A stretch of DNA of 62,022 nt from Nitrospirota bacterium (lineage in GTDB: Bacteria; Nitrospirota; Thermodesulfovibrionia; Thermodesulfovibrionales; JdFR-86): assembly GCA_016207905.1 (NCBI GenBank), contig JACQZC010000084.1:1-62022 (forward strand). The letters are read 5' to 3'. The first letter of the stretch is position 1. Each line of letters begins with the position of its first letter. A model generated the notes under the pieces. The model was given only the letters and a program-made list of their open reading frames with translations, was not told the DNA's origin and did not search any database. This document shows positions 11,107 through 20,044 of the stretch, piece by piece. Made by a program: the position numbers and the translations under genes.

Positions 11107-12129
11107 TTAACCCTTTGATATGAGGTTTAAATCGTGTCTGACCATTATGCTCACAAGCTCCCTGAATGTTGTCTTTGGAGACCATCCAAGTTTTTTCTTT
11201 GCCTTTGAGTAATCTCCCTTGAGAACATCGACCTCAGCAGGTCTAAAAAACTGTGGGTCTATCTTAACGAGGGTATGCCCTGTTTTCTTATCTATGCCCT
11301 TTTCCTTTATGCCTTTTCCCGACCATCCTATGTCAAAACCTGCCACTTTAAATGCAGTCTCGACAAACTCCCTTACGCTATGGGGCTCACCTGTGGCTAT
11401 AACATAATCATCGGGCTTAGACTGCTTGAGCATGAGCCACATAGCAGTCACATACTCGGGTGCATAGCCCCAGTCCCGCTTGGAATCTAAATTTCCAAGC
11501 ATAAGGCAGTCCTTTAAACCATGCTTAATCTTTGCTACGGTATTAGTTATCTTTCTTGTAACAAACTCCAGTCCCCTCAAAGGGGATTCGTGATTAAAGA
11601 GTATTCCTGAGCAGGCAAACATGCCATAGGATTCCCTGTAATTGACTGTCATCCAGTGTGCAAAAAGCTTTGATGCCGCATAAGGGCTTCTTGGATAAAA
11701 CGGGGTCTTTTCGTTCTGGGGTGTTTCTCTTACCTTCCCAAACATTTCAGAGGACGATGCCTGATAGAACCTTATCTTTGGATTTACAGCCCTTATTGCC
11801 TCAAGAACCCTGAGAGGACCAATGGCAGTTACATCTGCCGTGAATACAGGCTCTTCAAATGAAAGTGCAACAAAGCTCTGTGCACCGAGATTGTATATCT
11901 CATCAGGCTTCACCTTTTCTATTGCCCGATGAATGTTTGTGAACTCAAGAAGCTCGAGGGGAAGAAACTCTATCTGGTCTTCTATGCCTAAGAATTTTAA
12001 CCTGTTCACATGAAGGTCAGATGTCCTTCTGAATGCCCCATAAACACGGTAGCCTTTTTCAAGAAGAAGCTTAGAAAGATATGCTCCGTCCTGTCCTGTT
12101 ATGCCTGTGATAAAAGCCTTTTTGGGCAT
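11107..12129 (-). CDS. gmd: GDP-mannose 4,6-dehydratase
   Basis: 340 aa. GITGQDGAYL Rossmann motif, SPYAASK catalytic motif, NHESPLRG as in Gmd. Confidence 0.95.
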   Translation of the reverse strand: MPKKAFITGITGQDGAYLSKLLLEKGYRVYGAFRRTSDLHVNRLKFLGIEDQIEFLPLELLEFTNIHRAIEKVKPDEIYNLGAQSFVALSFEEPVFTADVTAIGPLRVLEAIRAVNPKIRFYQASSSEMFGKVRETPQNEKTPFYPRSPYAASKLFAHWMTVNYRESYGMFACSGILFNHESPLRGLEFVTRKITNTVAKIKHGLKDCLMLGNLDSKRDWGYAPEYVTAMWLMLKQSKPDDYVIATGEPHSVREFVETAFKVAGFDIGWSGKGIKEKGIDKKTGHTLVKIDPQFFRPAEVDVLKGDYSKAKKKLGWSPKTTFRELVSIMVRHDLNLISKG

Positions 12130-12213
12130 TGCCCCTCCAATCTAATCCAGAAGCATCGGGATTAGATTATAACATACAATCCCATTTTCCTTATGCAAGG
12201 GGATACTTCATCT

Positions 12214-12392
12214 TGAATAAGTTCAGATACATATGAGACCCTCCCCTAACCCCTCCCGTCAAGGGAGGGGTAAAGCAAATCGCATTTTTCCTTACAGGAC
12301 AGGTCTTTACTCCTTTTAATTACCCTCTCCCCTTGCGGGAGAGGGCGAGGGTGAGGGGGATATAACTGTCTCATATGTGTTGAACCCATACA
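12214..12392 (+). repeat. MITE-like repeat element, copy B
   Basis: Ends tgaataagttcagatacatatgagac ... gtctcatatgtgttgaacccataca form imperfect roughly 26-nt terminal inverted repeats. Internal palindromes cccctcccgtcaagggagggg and ccctctccccttgcgggagaggg. Confidence 0.8.
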
Positions 12393-12449
12393 TCTCTTGC
12401 CTAAAACCTTAGAAAGTGAGATAATTGGGTAAATTAAGGAGGTGGCAAG

Positions 12450-13091
12450 ATGAACTATAAAACTCCTTTCGTTATCTTAACCCTGCTATCCATAGCATTT
12501 AGCCCATTCGGCAAAGAGGCAATTGCCGAGGATAAATCCTATTACACCCTGCTTGATAAGGTAAAGAGTTTTGACCGCTCGGTTGATTTTAAGGCGCTAA
12601 GGCTTTCCTACACAGAGACATCTGAGTATGACCCTTATAATGAAAATACCAGTGAAACAATGGCAATGTTTAATGCCTTGAATAGCAAACAATATAAGGA
12701 AGCTATTAAAAATGCCCTGTCCATATTAGAGAGCAGTTATGTTAACATTCCTGCCCATATCGTCTTAAGCATCTCTTACCGTGCAATAGGGGATTCGGGA
12801 AAATCCGATTTCCACGACTTTGTCGTAAAAGGGCTTCTTGACTCCATCTTTGACTCAGGACAGGGCAGGTCTCCTGAGTCTGCATATCAGGTAATCAGCA
12901 TAAAAGAGGAATATGTGATTCTTGATGTCTTAGGCCTTGAGAAAAAAATCCAAAGCCTGATAGTCTCAGGTGGCCATAGTTATGACCGTATAGAGGCAAC
13001 AAACCCGAAAACAGGCAAGACAGAGGTTTTTTATTTCAATGTGGATATACCATTAGGATGGTTAAATAAACAATTCCAAAAGGACAAATAA
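12450..13091 (+). CDS. Secreted hypothetical protein (possibly DUF4919-like)
   Basis: 213 aa with an N-terminal signal peptide. Family assignment is from memory only. Confidence 0.5.
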   Translation: MNYKTPFVILTLLSIAFSPFGKEAIAEDKSYYTLLDKVKSFDRSVDFKALRLSYTETSEYDPYNENTSETMAMFNALNSKQYKEAIKNALSILESSYVNIPAHIVLSISYRAIGDSGKSDFHDFVVKGLLDSIFDSGQGRSPESAYQVISIKEEYVILDVLGLEKKIQSLIVSGGHSYDRIEATNPKTGKTEVFYFNVDIPLGWLNKQFQKDK

Positions 13092-13111
13092 AAGACAGGT
13101 TATAATTTTCC

Positions 13112-13148
13112 GTGACAATATATGCAAATATTGTTATATTTGCATATA
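13112..13148 (+). promoter_or_regulatory. Candidate promoter (-35 gtgaca, 17-nt spacer, -10 tatatt) overlapped by a perfect 13-4-13 palindrome
   Basis: tatatgcaaatat tgtt atatttgcatata at 13119-13148, about 20 nt upstream of the DsrE start codon and covering the -10 element. Confidence 0.5.
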
Positions 13149-13166
13149 AAGCAGGAAGGAGGTCTT

Positions 13167-13523
13167 ATGGCAAAGACATTTACGATTCTCTTAGGGACAT
13201 CTCCCTATGCATCGGAAAACACACTTACTGCCTTACGCATTTCTGACTCGGCACTTAAGGGAGGTCACACAGTCAATCTTATAGCATCAGGAGACGGAGT
13301 TTACTGCTTCCTAAAGGGACAGAAGGCAAAAGGCATAAAAAATGCCTCTGAGGAGTTCTCATCGCTCATTGAAAGGGGCTTGAAAGTCTTTCTCTGAGGT
13401 GGATGCCTGAATTTTCGCCGTGCAGCGAAAGACGACTACCTCGAAGGCACAGATGTTGGCACCCTTAAAGGCTTGTTTAAGACAATGGGTGAAACGGATA
13501 CATGGCTCAACCTCACAAATTAA
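13167..13523 (+). CDS. dsrE: DsrE/TusD-like sulfur relay protein, predicted selenoprotein (TGA 13395-13397 read as Sec)
   Basis: The ORF track stops at TGA after ...GLKVFL. The same frame continues GGCLNFRRAAKDDYLEG... to TAA at 13521-13523. The U-GGCLNFRRA segment mirrors the DsrE/TusD active-site C-xxxxx-RRG. RBS ggaaggagg precedes ATG 13167. selA is in the window. Confidence 0.75.
13396..13442 (+). promoter_or_regulatory. SECIS-like hairpin immediately 3' of the in-frame UGA
   Basis: Lower stem gaggtgg (13396-13402) pairs with ctacctc (13436-13442). Upper stem tttcgc (13413-13418) pairs with gcgaaa (13425-13430). The 6-nt apical loop cgtgca contains GU. Confidence 0.55.
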
Positions 13524-13547
13524 GGGGTTAAGAGGGATGGAGGATAT

Positions 13548-13901
13548 ATGAAGAAAATCGCAATAATCTCAAGAAAACAGCCTTACGGTGACATTAATTC
13601 GGCAGAGGCAGTCAGACATGCACTTGGTGCTGTTTCAGATGAGCTTATCACCGTGCTCATAATGGTGGATGGAGGTGTGCTTCTTGCAAAGAAAACTCAG
13701 GATGTCGGAGACACAGGCTTTACAAACCTTGCCGAAACTCTAAAGGACTGCACTGATATGGGTGTTGGAGTCTATGTGGATAAGCCCTCTCTTAGGGAGC
13801 AACATCTTGAGCCAGAAGACCTTGTGGAAGGCGTAAGAATCATCAATAGCTCTGAAATAGCAGGGCTCATCAAAGAGGCAGATGTCTCTTTGATTTTCTA
13901 A
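13548..13901 (+). CDS. dsrF: DsrF/TusC-like protein
   Basis: 117 aa. DsrE/F fold-like sequence, second gene of an E-F-H triplet with an RBS. Confidence 0.65.
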   Translation: MKKIAIISRKQPYGDINSAEAVRHALGAVSDELITVLIMVDGGVLLAKKTQDVGDTGFTNLAETLKDCTDMGVGVYVDKPSLREQHLEPEDLVEGVRIINSSEIAGLIKEADVSLIF

Positions 13902-13915
13902 AATGAGGAGGTATT

Positions 13916-14191
13916 ATGCTCGTACTGATTAAAAGTGCACCAGATACAGCTGATGGCAAAAGGGCAGTCAAGCTCGCAAGGGATATGGCAGGAGACCTCG
14001 TGCTTATGCAAAATGCAGTTTATTTTGCGGAAAAAGAGCGTTTAGAGGGCTTCTGCGGAACAATATATGCTCTCGATGAGGATATATTGCTAAGGGGTAT
14101 CACAGAGACAGAAAAGGGCATAAAGACCCTAAGCTATGATGAGCTCATAGAGATAATGGCAGAAAACAATAAGGTAGTAGGCGCTTTTTAG
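13916..14191 (+). CDS. dsrH: DsrH/TusB-like protein
   Basis: 91 aa. Size, position and N-terminal MLVLIKSAP pattern are consistent with DsrH/TusB. Confidence 0.6.
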   Translation: MLVLIKSAPDTADGKRAVKLARDMAGDLVLMQNAVYFAEKERLEGFCGTIYALDEDILLRGITETEKGIKTLSYDELIEIMAENNKVVGAF

Positions 14192-14217
14192 GGGCTCTAA
14201 GACCCCGGGGAGATAAC

Positions 14218-15405
14218 ATGGCAAAAATAGTAATACTTGGAGGCTCATTTGGAGGACTTACATCCGCATATGAGCTTAAGAGGCTTCTTGGAGACAAAGC
14301 AGATATAACGGTTGTTTCGGACTCCGATAGATTCGTCTTCATACCTTCGCTTCCATGGCTCAGTTTTGGATGGCGAAAGGCAGAAGACATAACGCTTTCC
14401 ATTAAACCTATCTTAGAAAGAAAAGGCATCGCATTTATTCATGAGGAGGCAAAGGGAGTCGATGCCGACTCCTCTAAGGTTATTACTGCATCTAAAGAGC
14501 TGACCTATGACTATCTCGTTATAGCCACAGGACCTTATCTTGCCTTCGAAGAGGTTCCTGGACTTGGACCTAAAAAGGGACATACAGAGTGCATATTCAC
14601 GATCTCTCAGGCTGAAAGGGCAAAAAAGGCATGGGATAGGTTTCTTGAGGCTCCAGGGCCAATAGCAGTAGGCTCTGTTCAGGGAGTAAGCTGTTTTGGA
14701 CCTCCGTATGAATATGCTTTCGAAGCTGATGCAGAACTCAGAAAAAGAAAGCTCAGACATAAGTCACCTATATATTTCATAACCTCTGAGCCATATATCG
14801 GGCATTTCGGCATAGGAGGTTTCGGAGCATCGAAGAGCTGGCTCGAGGATGAGTTTGCGTGGAAAGACATAAGGGTGCTTTCGAATCAGGCAGTGGAAGA
14901 GTTCACACAATCAGAGGTAAGGCTAAAAGACGGAACAAAGATACCGTATAAACTCAGCATGTTTGCACCTCCCATGAAGGGTGTGCCTGCTGTAACTCAT
15001 TTAGGAAACCCCCGTGGATTTATCCCTGTTGACGATACCATGAGACACAAAACTCACAAGAACATCTTCTGTATTGGCGTTGCAGTTGCCATAGCACCTC
15101 CAGAGCCAACTCCCATCCCAACTGGTGTTCCAAAAACAGGTTACATGACAGTGAAAATGGCGCTTACTGCCGCAAAAGCCATAGCCTCTGAAATCACTGA
15201 TAAGGGCTATGTTGCCCCATACGAGATGGATGTCATATGTCTTATGGATATGGGTGAGACAGCGGCATACATGAGGGCAAAACCGCTTCTTTCGCCAAGG
15301 CAGGAGATAATACTTAAAAAAGCCAAATGGGCTAAGTGGCTAAAGGTATGGTTCGAGAAGTATTTCCTTTTCAAGATGAGACATGGCATCCCGAACTGGC
15401 CATGA
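14218..15405 (+). CDS. sqr: Sulfide:quinone oxidoreductase-like FAD-dependent disulfide oxidoreductase
   Basis: 395 aa. N-terminal FAD motif IVILGGSFGG. Conserved Cys contexts GVSCFGPPYEYA and VICLMDMG typical of SQR. Confidence 0.8.
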   Translation: MAKIVILGGSFGGLTSAYELKRLLGDKADITVVSDSDRFVFIPSLPWLSFGWRKAEDITLSIKPILERKGIAFIHEEAKGVDADSSKVITASKELTYDYLVIATGPYLAFEEVPGLGPKKGHTECIFTISQAERAKKAWDRFLEAPGPIAVGSVQGVSCFGPPYEYAFEADAELRKRKLRHKSPIYFITSEPYIGHFGIGGFGASKSWLEDEFAWKDIRVLSNQAVEEFTQSEVRLKDGTKIPYKLSMFAPPMKGVPAVTHLGNPRGFIPVDDTMRHKTHKNIFCIGVAVAIAPPEPTPIPTGVPKTGYMTVKMALTAAKAIASEITDKGYVAPYEMDVICLMDMGETAAYMRAKPLLSPRQEIILKKAKWAKWLKVWFEKYFLFKMRHGIPNWP

Positions 15406-15428
15406 TGCCATGCAGATGGAGGTGAGCT

Positions 15429-15854
15429 ATGGGAGAGAAGATAAGAAAAAAAGTCTCGATAATGTGCTTTCATGACGAGCTATGCCAGGTCTTTAATGCC
15501 CTTATGACTGCATTAAGCCTTCTAAGGGAAGGCTCTGAGGTTACAATATTCTTTGGCTCAAGGGGAGTAAATGCAATCCATAAGGACAAGGTAAAAGAGC
15601 TTAAGTGTATGCCTGATGCCCCAAAAGAGGTGAGCGATAGAGTTATGAAGAAGATGGAGGAGATGGAACTGCCCTCTGTAGAGGACATGTTCATAATGCT
15701 CATAGCCGAGGGTGCAACAGTGCTTGCATGTCCCTTGAATACATCGTTGTTTGAGATGACACCTTCTGACCTTGTAGATGGCGTCAAGATTGCAGACCCT
15801 ACAAGATACTATAAAGAAGTAGTTATTCGGGCTGATATGAACTTGACCTTTTAG
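15429..15854 (+). CDS. DsrE2/DsrE-F-like family protein
   Basis: 141 aa. DsrE_2-like pattern (TIFFGSRGVNAI ... ATVLACPLN). The start may instead be Met12 at 15462. Confidence 0.6.
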   Translation: MGEKIRKKVSIMCFHDELCQVFNALMTALSLLREGSEVTIFFGSRGVNAIHKDKVKELKCMPDAPKEVSDRVMKKMEEMELPSVEDMFIMLIAEGATVLACPLNTSLFEMTPSDLVDGVKIADPTRYYKEVVIRADMNLTF

Positions 15855-15916
15855 AAGAAATATGCTAAAACCTCTTGAAAGGAGGTCTATATCTCTATAT
15901 TCTAATATTAGAAGCT

Positions 15917-16249
15917 ATGAAAAAAATGAAAAAACTCATATTCACCTATCAGGCAGACATATGCAAGACATTGGGGAATCCCAAAAGGCTTGAGATTATA
16001 GAAGCCCTCTCCAATGGGGAGCTAAATGTTACGGAACTGGCAGAGCGGCTTGGGATTCGAAAGGCAAATGCATCGCAACACCTATCTGTTTTGCGCTCAA
16101 AAGGGCTGATTATTGCACGGAGAGAAGGTCTTAACATCTACTACAGCATAGCAAACCCAAAGATAATTACGGCATGCGGGATGATGCGGGAAGTTCTTTT
16201 GGAACAGCTTGAAAAAGGGGGGAAACTGGTAAGGAGATTCCGGTCGTGA
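15917..16249 (+). CDS. ArsR/SmtB-family transcriptional regulator
   Basis: Winged HTH: LGNPKRLEIIEAL...VTELAERLGIRKANASQHLSVLRSKGLI. Two Cys (ORF positions 30 and 101). Start uncertain (TTG 15875, ATG 15917 or ATG 15926). Confidence 0.85.
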   Translation: MKKMKKLIFTYQADICKTLGNPKRLEIIEALSNGELNVTELAERLGIRKANASQHLSVLRSKGLIIARREGLNIYYSIANPKIITACGMMREVLLEQLEKGGKLVRRFRS

Positions 16250-16295
16250 ATATATATTTTTTTCGAAAGTATATTCATATCTTTGAATATTCAGA
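16247..16295 (+). promoter_or_regulatory. TGAATAT-type inverted repeats, candidate ArsR-family operator(s) upstream of the rhodanese gene
   Basis: tgaatatata (16247-16256) pairs with gtatattca (16269-16277). A second palindrome is tttgaatattcaga (16282-16295). TGAA..TTCA cores resemble ArsR/SmtB operators. Confidence 0.4.
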
Positions 16296-16368
16296 TAAAG
16301 GAGGTGATAAGTAAATTTTTATCCGATTATAACATGTAGTATTATCCCAGTTGCTAAAGGAGGCAAAT

Positions 16369-17604
16369 ATGAAGAAAGGATTAATTGTAGGGGTTGTTGT
16401 TGTTATCCTCGGCTTCCTTGTGGTATACAGCCAGTCAGGCATTCCAGAAGGGGCAAAGGAGAAAAAGCCTGAGGCAGGCGGATATGGCGGCACAATCAGT
16501 CCAAGAACACCTATGATTGAGTATGTGGATACGCCTGCCTCTCCAGATGAAGAAAAACTGGCATTAAAAGGAGCAAACCTACACCTTTTAGTGCAACCTG
16601 CGGACATGGAGAAGAACTTAGGGAAATGGACTGTCGTTGACTGCCGTCCAAAAGACCTATACGACGAGGGGCACATACCAACTGCAATACACCTTGGTGA
16701 GACCTGTAATGACTTCTTTAGAGATGACCTTGTAGTAGAAGGGATAGGGATGATTGAAGACCTCAAACTTGGAGATGTAGGAGAGCTTGAGAAAAAGTTG
16801 AGCAAGGTTGGAATCAGCATGGATAAGACCATCCTCTTCTATGACCAGAGGGAAGACCCCGGAGAGACCAGCAAAGGAAGGTATTACGGTCAATTCGCAG
16901 GCTATGTCTTTGTGCCATTCTGGTATATGGAATATATGGGGCATAAGGATGTCCGGGTGCTTGACGGCGGTATCGGTGCATGGAAGGCAGAAGGCAAGCC
17001 CATCGAGCAGAAGGCAAACAAACTGCCACCCACTCAATTCAAAGCAGATGTCCAAAGAAACAGGCTTGCAACCACAGAGGAAGTGCTGAAGATAGCTCAG
17101 AAAGAAGAAGATGCACAGCTCGTTGATAACAGGACAATGGATGAATATCTGGGTGAACACCAATCACCACCAAAACACTTTCTTGAGGGTAAGGTAAGAA
17201 GAATGGGTCGTATACCAAACACGAAACTCAATGTCCCGCACTATTTTCAGTTCATTGACCCAAATACAGCCAAGCTCAGACCCACATACCAGCTTGCGAG
17301 GCTCTACCAGTCTCTAAACAAAGACAAGAGGACTGTCCTTTATTGCTACATAGCAAACCGAATCTCTCTTTCTTACTTCGTGCTTAGGTTGTTAGGATTC
17401 AATGACCCAGCCATATATCACGATAGTTGGATTGTCTGGGGGAGTGACCTGAGCCTGCCTGTGGAGGAGATGAAAATGGTTGCAGAGGTCATACCTGGAG
17501 ATGTTGATATAGGGAAAAGAAGTAAAATCCCAGTTAAAACAAAGGCACCTGCTAAAAAGCCAACAAAACCTAAGAAGGAACAGGGTGAAGCAGGGGGGTA
17601 TTAA
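16369..17604 (+). CDS. Rhodanese-domain sulfurtransferase, membrane-anchored or secreted, two rhodanese domains
   Basis: RBS aaggagg lies 7 nt before ATG 16369. N-terminal hydrophobic segment; active-site loop CYIANR; Lys/Pro-rich C-terminal tail. Confidence 0.8.
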   Translation: MKKGLIVGVVVVILGFLVVYSQSGIPEGAKEKKPEAGGYGGTISPRTPMIEYVDTPASPDEEKLALKGANLHLLVQPADMEKNLGKWTVVDCRPKDLYDEGHIPTAIHLGETCNDFFRDDLVVEGIGMIEDLKLGDVGELEKKLSKVGISMDKTILFYDQREDPGETSKGRYYGQFAGYVFVPFWYMEYMGHKDVRVLDGGIGAWKAEGKPIEQKANKLPPTQFKADVQRNRLATTEEVLKIAQKEEDAQLVDNRTMDEYLGEHQSPPKHFLEGKVRRMGRIPNTKLNVPHYFQFIDPNTAKLRPTYQLARLYQSLNKDKRTVLYCYIANRISLSYFVLRLLGFNDPAIYHDSWIVWGSDLSLPVEEMKMVAEVIPGDVDIGKRSKIPVKTKAPAKKPTKPKKEQGEAGGY

Positions 17605-17638
17605 TTCAGGGGTTGCTGTTTCAGGAGGTGTAAATAAA

Positions 17639-17666
17639 GGGCAGGGGCTCAGCCCCTGCCTTTATA
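17639..17666 (+). terminator. Rho-independent terminator after the rhodanese gene
   Basis: Hairpin gggcaggggc-tc-agcccctgcc followed by tttat. Confidence 0.6.
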
Positions 17667-17675
17667 CAGGAAAGA

Positions 17676-17704
17676 TTGCTTAGAAGGGTAATCAGTGCTA
17701 TACT
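17676..17704 (+). promoter_or_regulatory. Sigma70-like promoter for the MMPL operon
   Basis: -35 ttgctt, 17-nt spacer, -10 tatact. Confidence 0.45.
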
Positions 17705-17740
17705 GCTAATAATTCTTACTAACTTTTTCAGGAGGAACCC

Positions 17741-20044
17741 TTGAGGAAACATTCTTTAGTTAAATTCTCTGTAGAGCATCCAAAACTAATCGTTGTCCTG
17801 ACTATCGCTATATCTTTAATCTTCATGACCCAGTTCCCGAAGATAAAGACGGATACGAACCCCAAAAACATGCTTCCTGCCACTTCAGATGTGAGGGTAT
17901 GGAATGACGGTGTAGAGAAAACCTTCGGCCTTTACGAAGACATGCTCGTACTTGGAATAGTTAACGACAAAGGTATTCTTAATAAAGGTACACTCGGAAA
18001 GATTAAAAGGCTCACCGATGAGATATTGAAAATCAAAGGTGTTGCGGCAAGGGATGTAAACAGTTTTACCACTATTACGAATGTATCAGCAGAGAAAGGG
18101 GTTTTAAGGGTAGCTCCCCTTATGACAGAGACTCCCCGAACCGACGAGGAGATACATGCCCTTAGAAAGATGCTCTACGAAAATCCACTTTTTATCAATA
18201 GGATTATCTCAGAGGACGGAAAAACCACCGCAATATATGTCCCTCTTGAGGAAGGCGCAAATGGAAAAGAAATAGCAGACAGGATAAGAGAGATAGTAAA
18301 GAAACAAGAGGGGGACGAAAAATACTATGTTGCAGGGGACCCTGTTTCAAGAGACACATTCGGAGCAGAGATGTTCAAGCTCATGGCTATCTTTGCACCA
18401 ATTGCTGGAATGGTCATGCTTTTTGTCAGGTATCTCATGTTTAGGGACCTATTTCTTTCCATCACCCTGATGATGGATGCCATGGTGAGCATCGTCTGGA
18501 GCATGGGACTTCTTATTGGACTTGGATTTCCAATTCATATTATGAGCTCCATGGCACCTGTATTCCTGATGGCAATAGCTACGGACAGCATGCACATATT
18601 TAACGAGTTTTACTTCCGCTTCAGAGAGACAAGAAACAAAAAAACCGCAATAATTGAGACAATGCAAGCAGTAGGTCGGCCTGTAAGATACACTGCCCTC
18701 GCAACTGCAGTAGGCTTTGCTGTCTTGATGTTCATGCACATCATTCCTGTTAAGGTCTTTGGCGGGCTTGTGGCATTTGGAACAATAGTTTTAAGGCTCT
18801 TGAGCTTCAGCTTCATACCTGCCATGTTTACCTTTGTTAAAGAAGAAAAGATTGCTAAAATCTCTCATGCAGAAGACATCGGCATAAGCAAGGGCTCACA
18901 GTTTCTGAGAAAACTTGCTGGATTCGGCACGCATAAGCCAAAGATGACTGTTACTATCGGTCTTTTGCTTTTTGTAACTGCAATCTTCGGCATAACGAAA
19001 ACAGTTGTCAATAACAATATGGTGGAGTGGTTCAAGAAGGATTCTGAGGTGCGCACTGCCGATAGGGTTATGAATCAGGCACTCGGAGGGACATCCCTCG
19101 GTTATGTTGTTGCAATCTCAGAGAAAGACGACTATATCAAAACCCCTGAGGCAATGCGTTACATAGAAAACCTTCAGAGGCATCTTGAAAAACTCCATGT
19201 TGTTGGAAAGACGACCTCTGTTTCAGATTATGTTAAACGAATCAACCGTGTCCTTCATGACGACGACCCGAGATACGACACCGTTCCTGAGACAAAAGAG
19301 ACGATTGGCCAGTATCTATTCCTATTTTCGATGTCTGCAAAGCCCTCTGATCTGGATAATGTTGTAGACTATCCATTTCAGAAGGCAAATATATGGGTTC
19401 AGCTCAAGACATGGGATGCTCAGGCAATGAGGGATGTGATAAAGGCAGTAGAAGAATACAAAAAGTCGCATCCTGTCATTATGGAATTTAAGCCTTCAGG
19501 CATCGCCTATTTCAATCTCGTATGGAACAATGCGGTTCTTTTTGACATGCTCAAGGGCTTCATCATTGCACTTATTGTAGTTTTTGTCATCCTTGCCTTT
19601 AACTTCCGTTCGATAAAATGGGCGATTGTTGGCTACATGCCACTTCTTTTTACAATCCTTCTTATATATGGAGTTGTCGGCTTTATCGGTAAAGACTTTG
19701 ACATGCCTATCTCTGTATTAAGCTGTCTATCGCTTGGCATGGCAGTGGACTTCGCTATACATTTTGTAAGCAGGCTCAGGCAGAGGCTGAATGAGGCATC
19801 AGGGGAATCTCTGAGCGATGCACTTCTTTGGACTGCCGCACGACCGGGCAAGGGGATTATGAGGAATGCTATTCTTTTTGCCGCCTCATTCGCTGTGATG
19901 CTTTTTGCCCCTCTTACGCCTTATATCACAGTAGGGGCATTCATCGTAAGTATGATGCTCTTCAGTGCATTAATGACGATAATCTATCTGCCAGCCCTGA
20001 TTACATTGATGCAGAGTTGGCTTTTTAAAGGAGGTCTAAGATGA
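17741..20044 (+). CDS. MMPL/RND-superfamily exporter
   Basis: 767 aa. Two bundles of about six TM helices separated by soluble loops, typical MMPL/HpnN-like architecture. TTG start. Confidence 0.8.
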   Translation: MRKHSLVKFSVEHPKLIVVLTIAISLIFMTQFPKIKTDTNPKNMLPATSDVRVWNDGVEKTFGLYEDMLVLGIVNDKGILNKGTLGKIKRLTDEILKIKGVAARDVNSFTTITNVSAEKGVLRVAPLMTETPRTDEEIHALRKMLYENPLFINRIISEDGKTTAIYVPLEEGANGKEIADRIREIVKKQEGDEKYYVAGDPVSRDTFGAEMFKLMAIFAPIAGMVMLFVRYLMFRDLFLSITLMMDAMVSIVWSMGLLIGLGFPIHIMSSMAPVFLMAIATDSMHIFNEFYFRFRETRNKKTAIIETMQAVGRPVRYTALATAVGFAVLMFMHIIPVKVFGGLVAFGTIVLRLLSFSFIPAMFTFVKEEKIAKISHAEDIGISKGSQFLRKLAGFGTHKPKMTVTIGLLLFVTAIFGITKTVVNNNMVEWFKKDSEVRTADRVMNQALGGTSLGYVVAISEKDDYIKTPEAMRYIENLQRHLEKLHVVGKTTSVSDYVKRINRVLHDDDPRYDTVPETKETIGQYLFLFSMSAKPSDLDNVVDYPFQKANIWVQLKTWDAQAMRDVIKAVEEYKKSHPVIMEFKPSGIAYFNLVWNNAVLFDMLKGFIIALIVVFVILAFNFRSIKWAIVGYMPLLFTILLIYGVVGFIGKDFDMPISVLSCLSLGMAVDFAIHFVSRLRQRLNEASGESLSDALLWTAARPGKGIMRNAILFAASFAVMLFAPLTPYITVGAFIVSMMLFSALMTIIYLPALITLMQSWLFKGGLR

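Noticed and set aside
13122-13166. Upstream extension of the DsrE ORF (MQILLYLHIKQEGGL).
   Set aside because: A strong RBS (ggaaggagg) is correctly spaced for ATG 13167. The extension covers the predicted promoter and operator palindrome.
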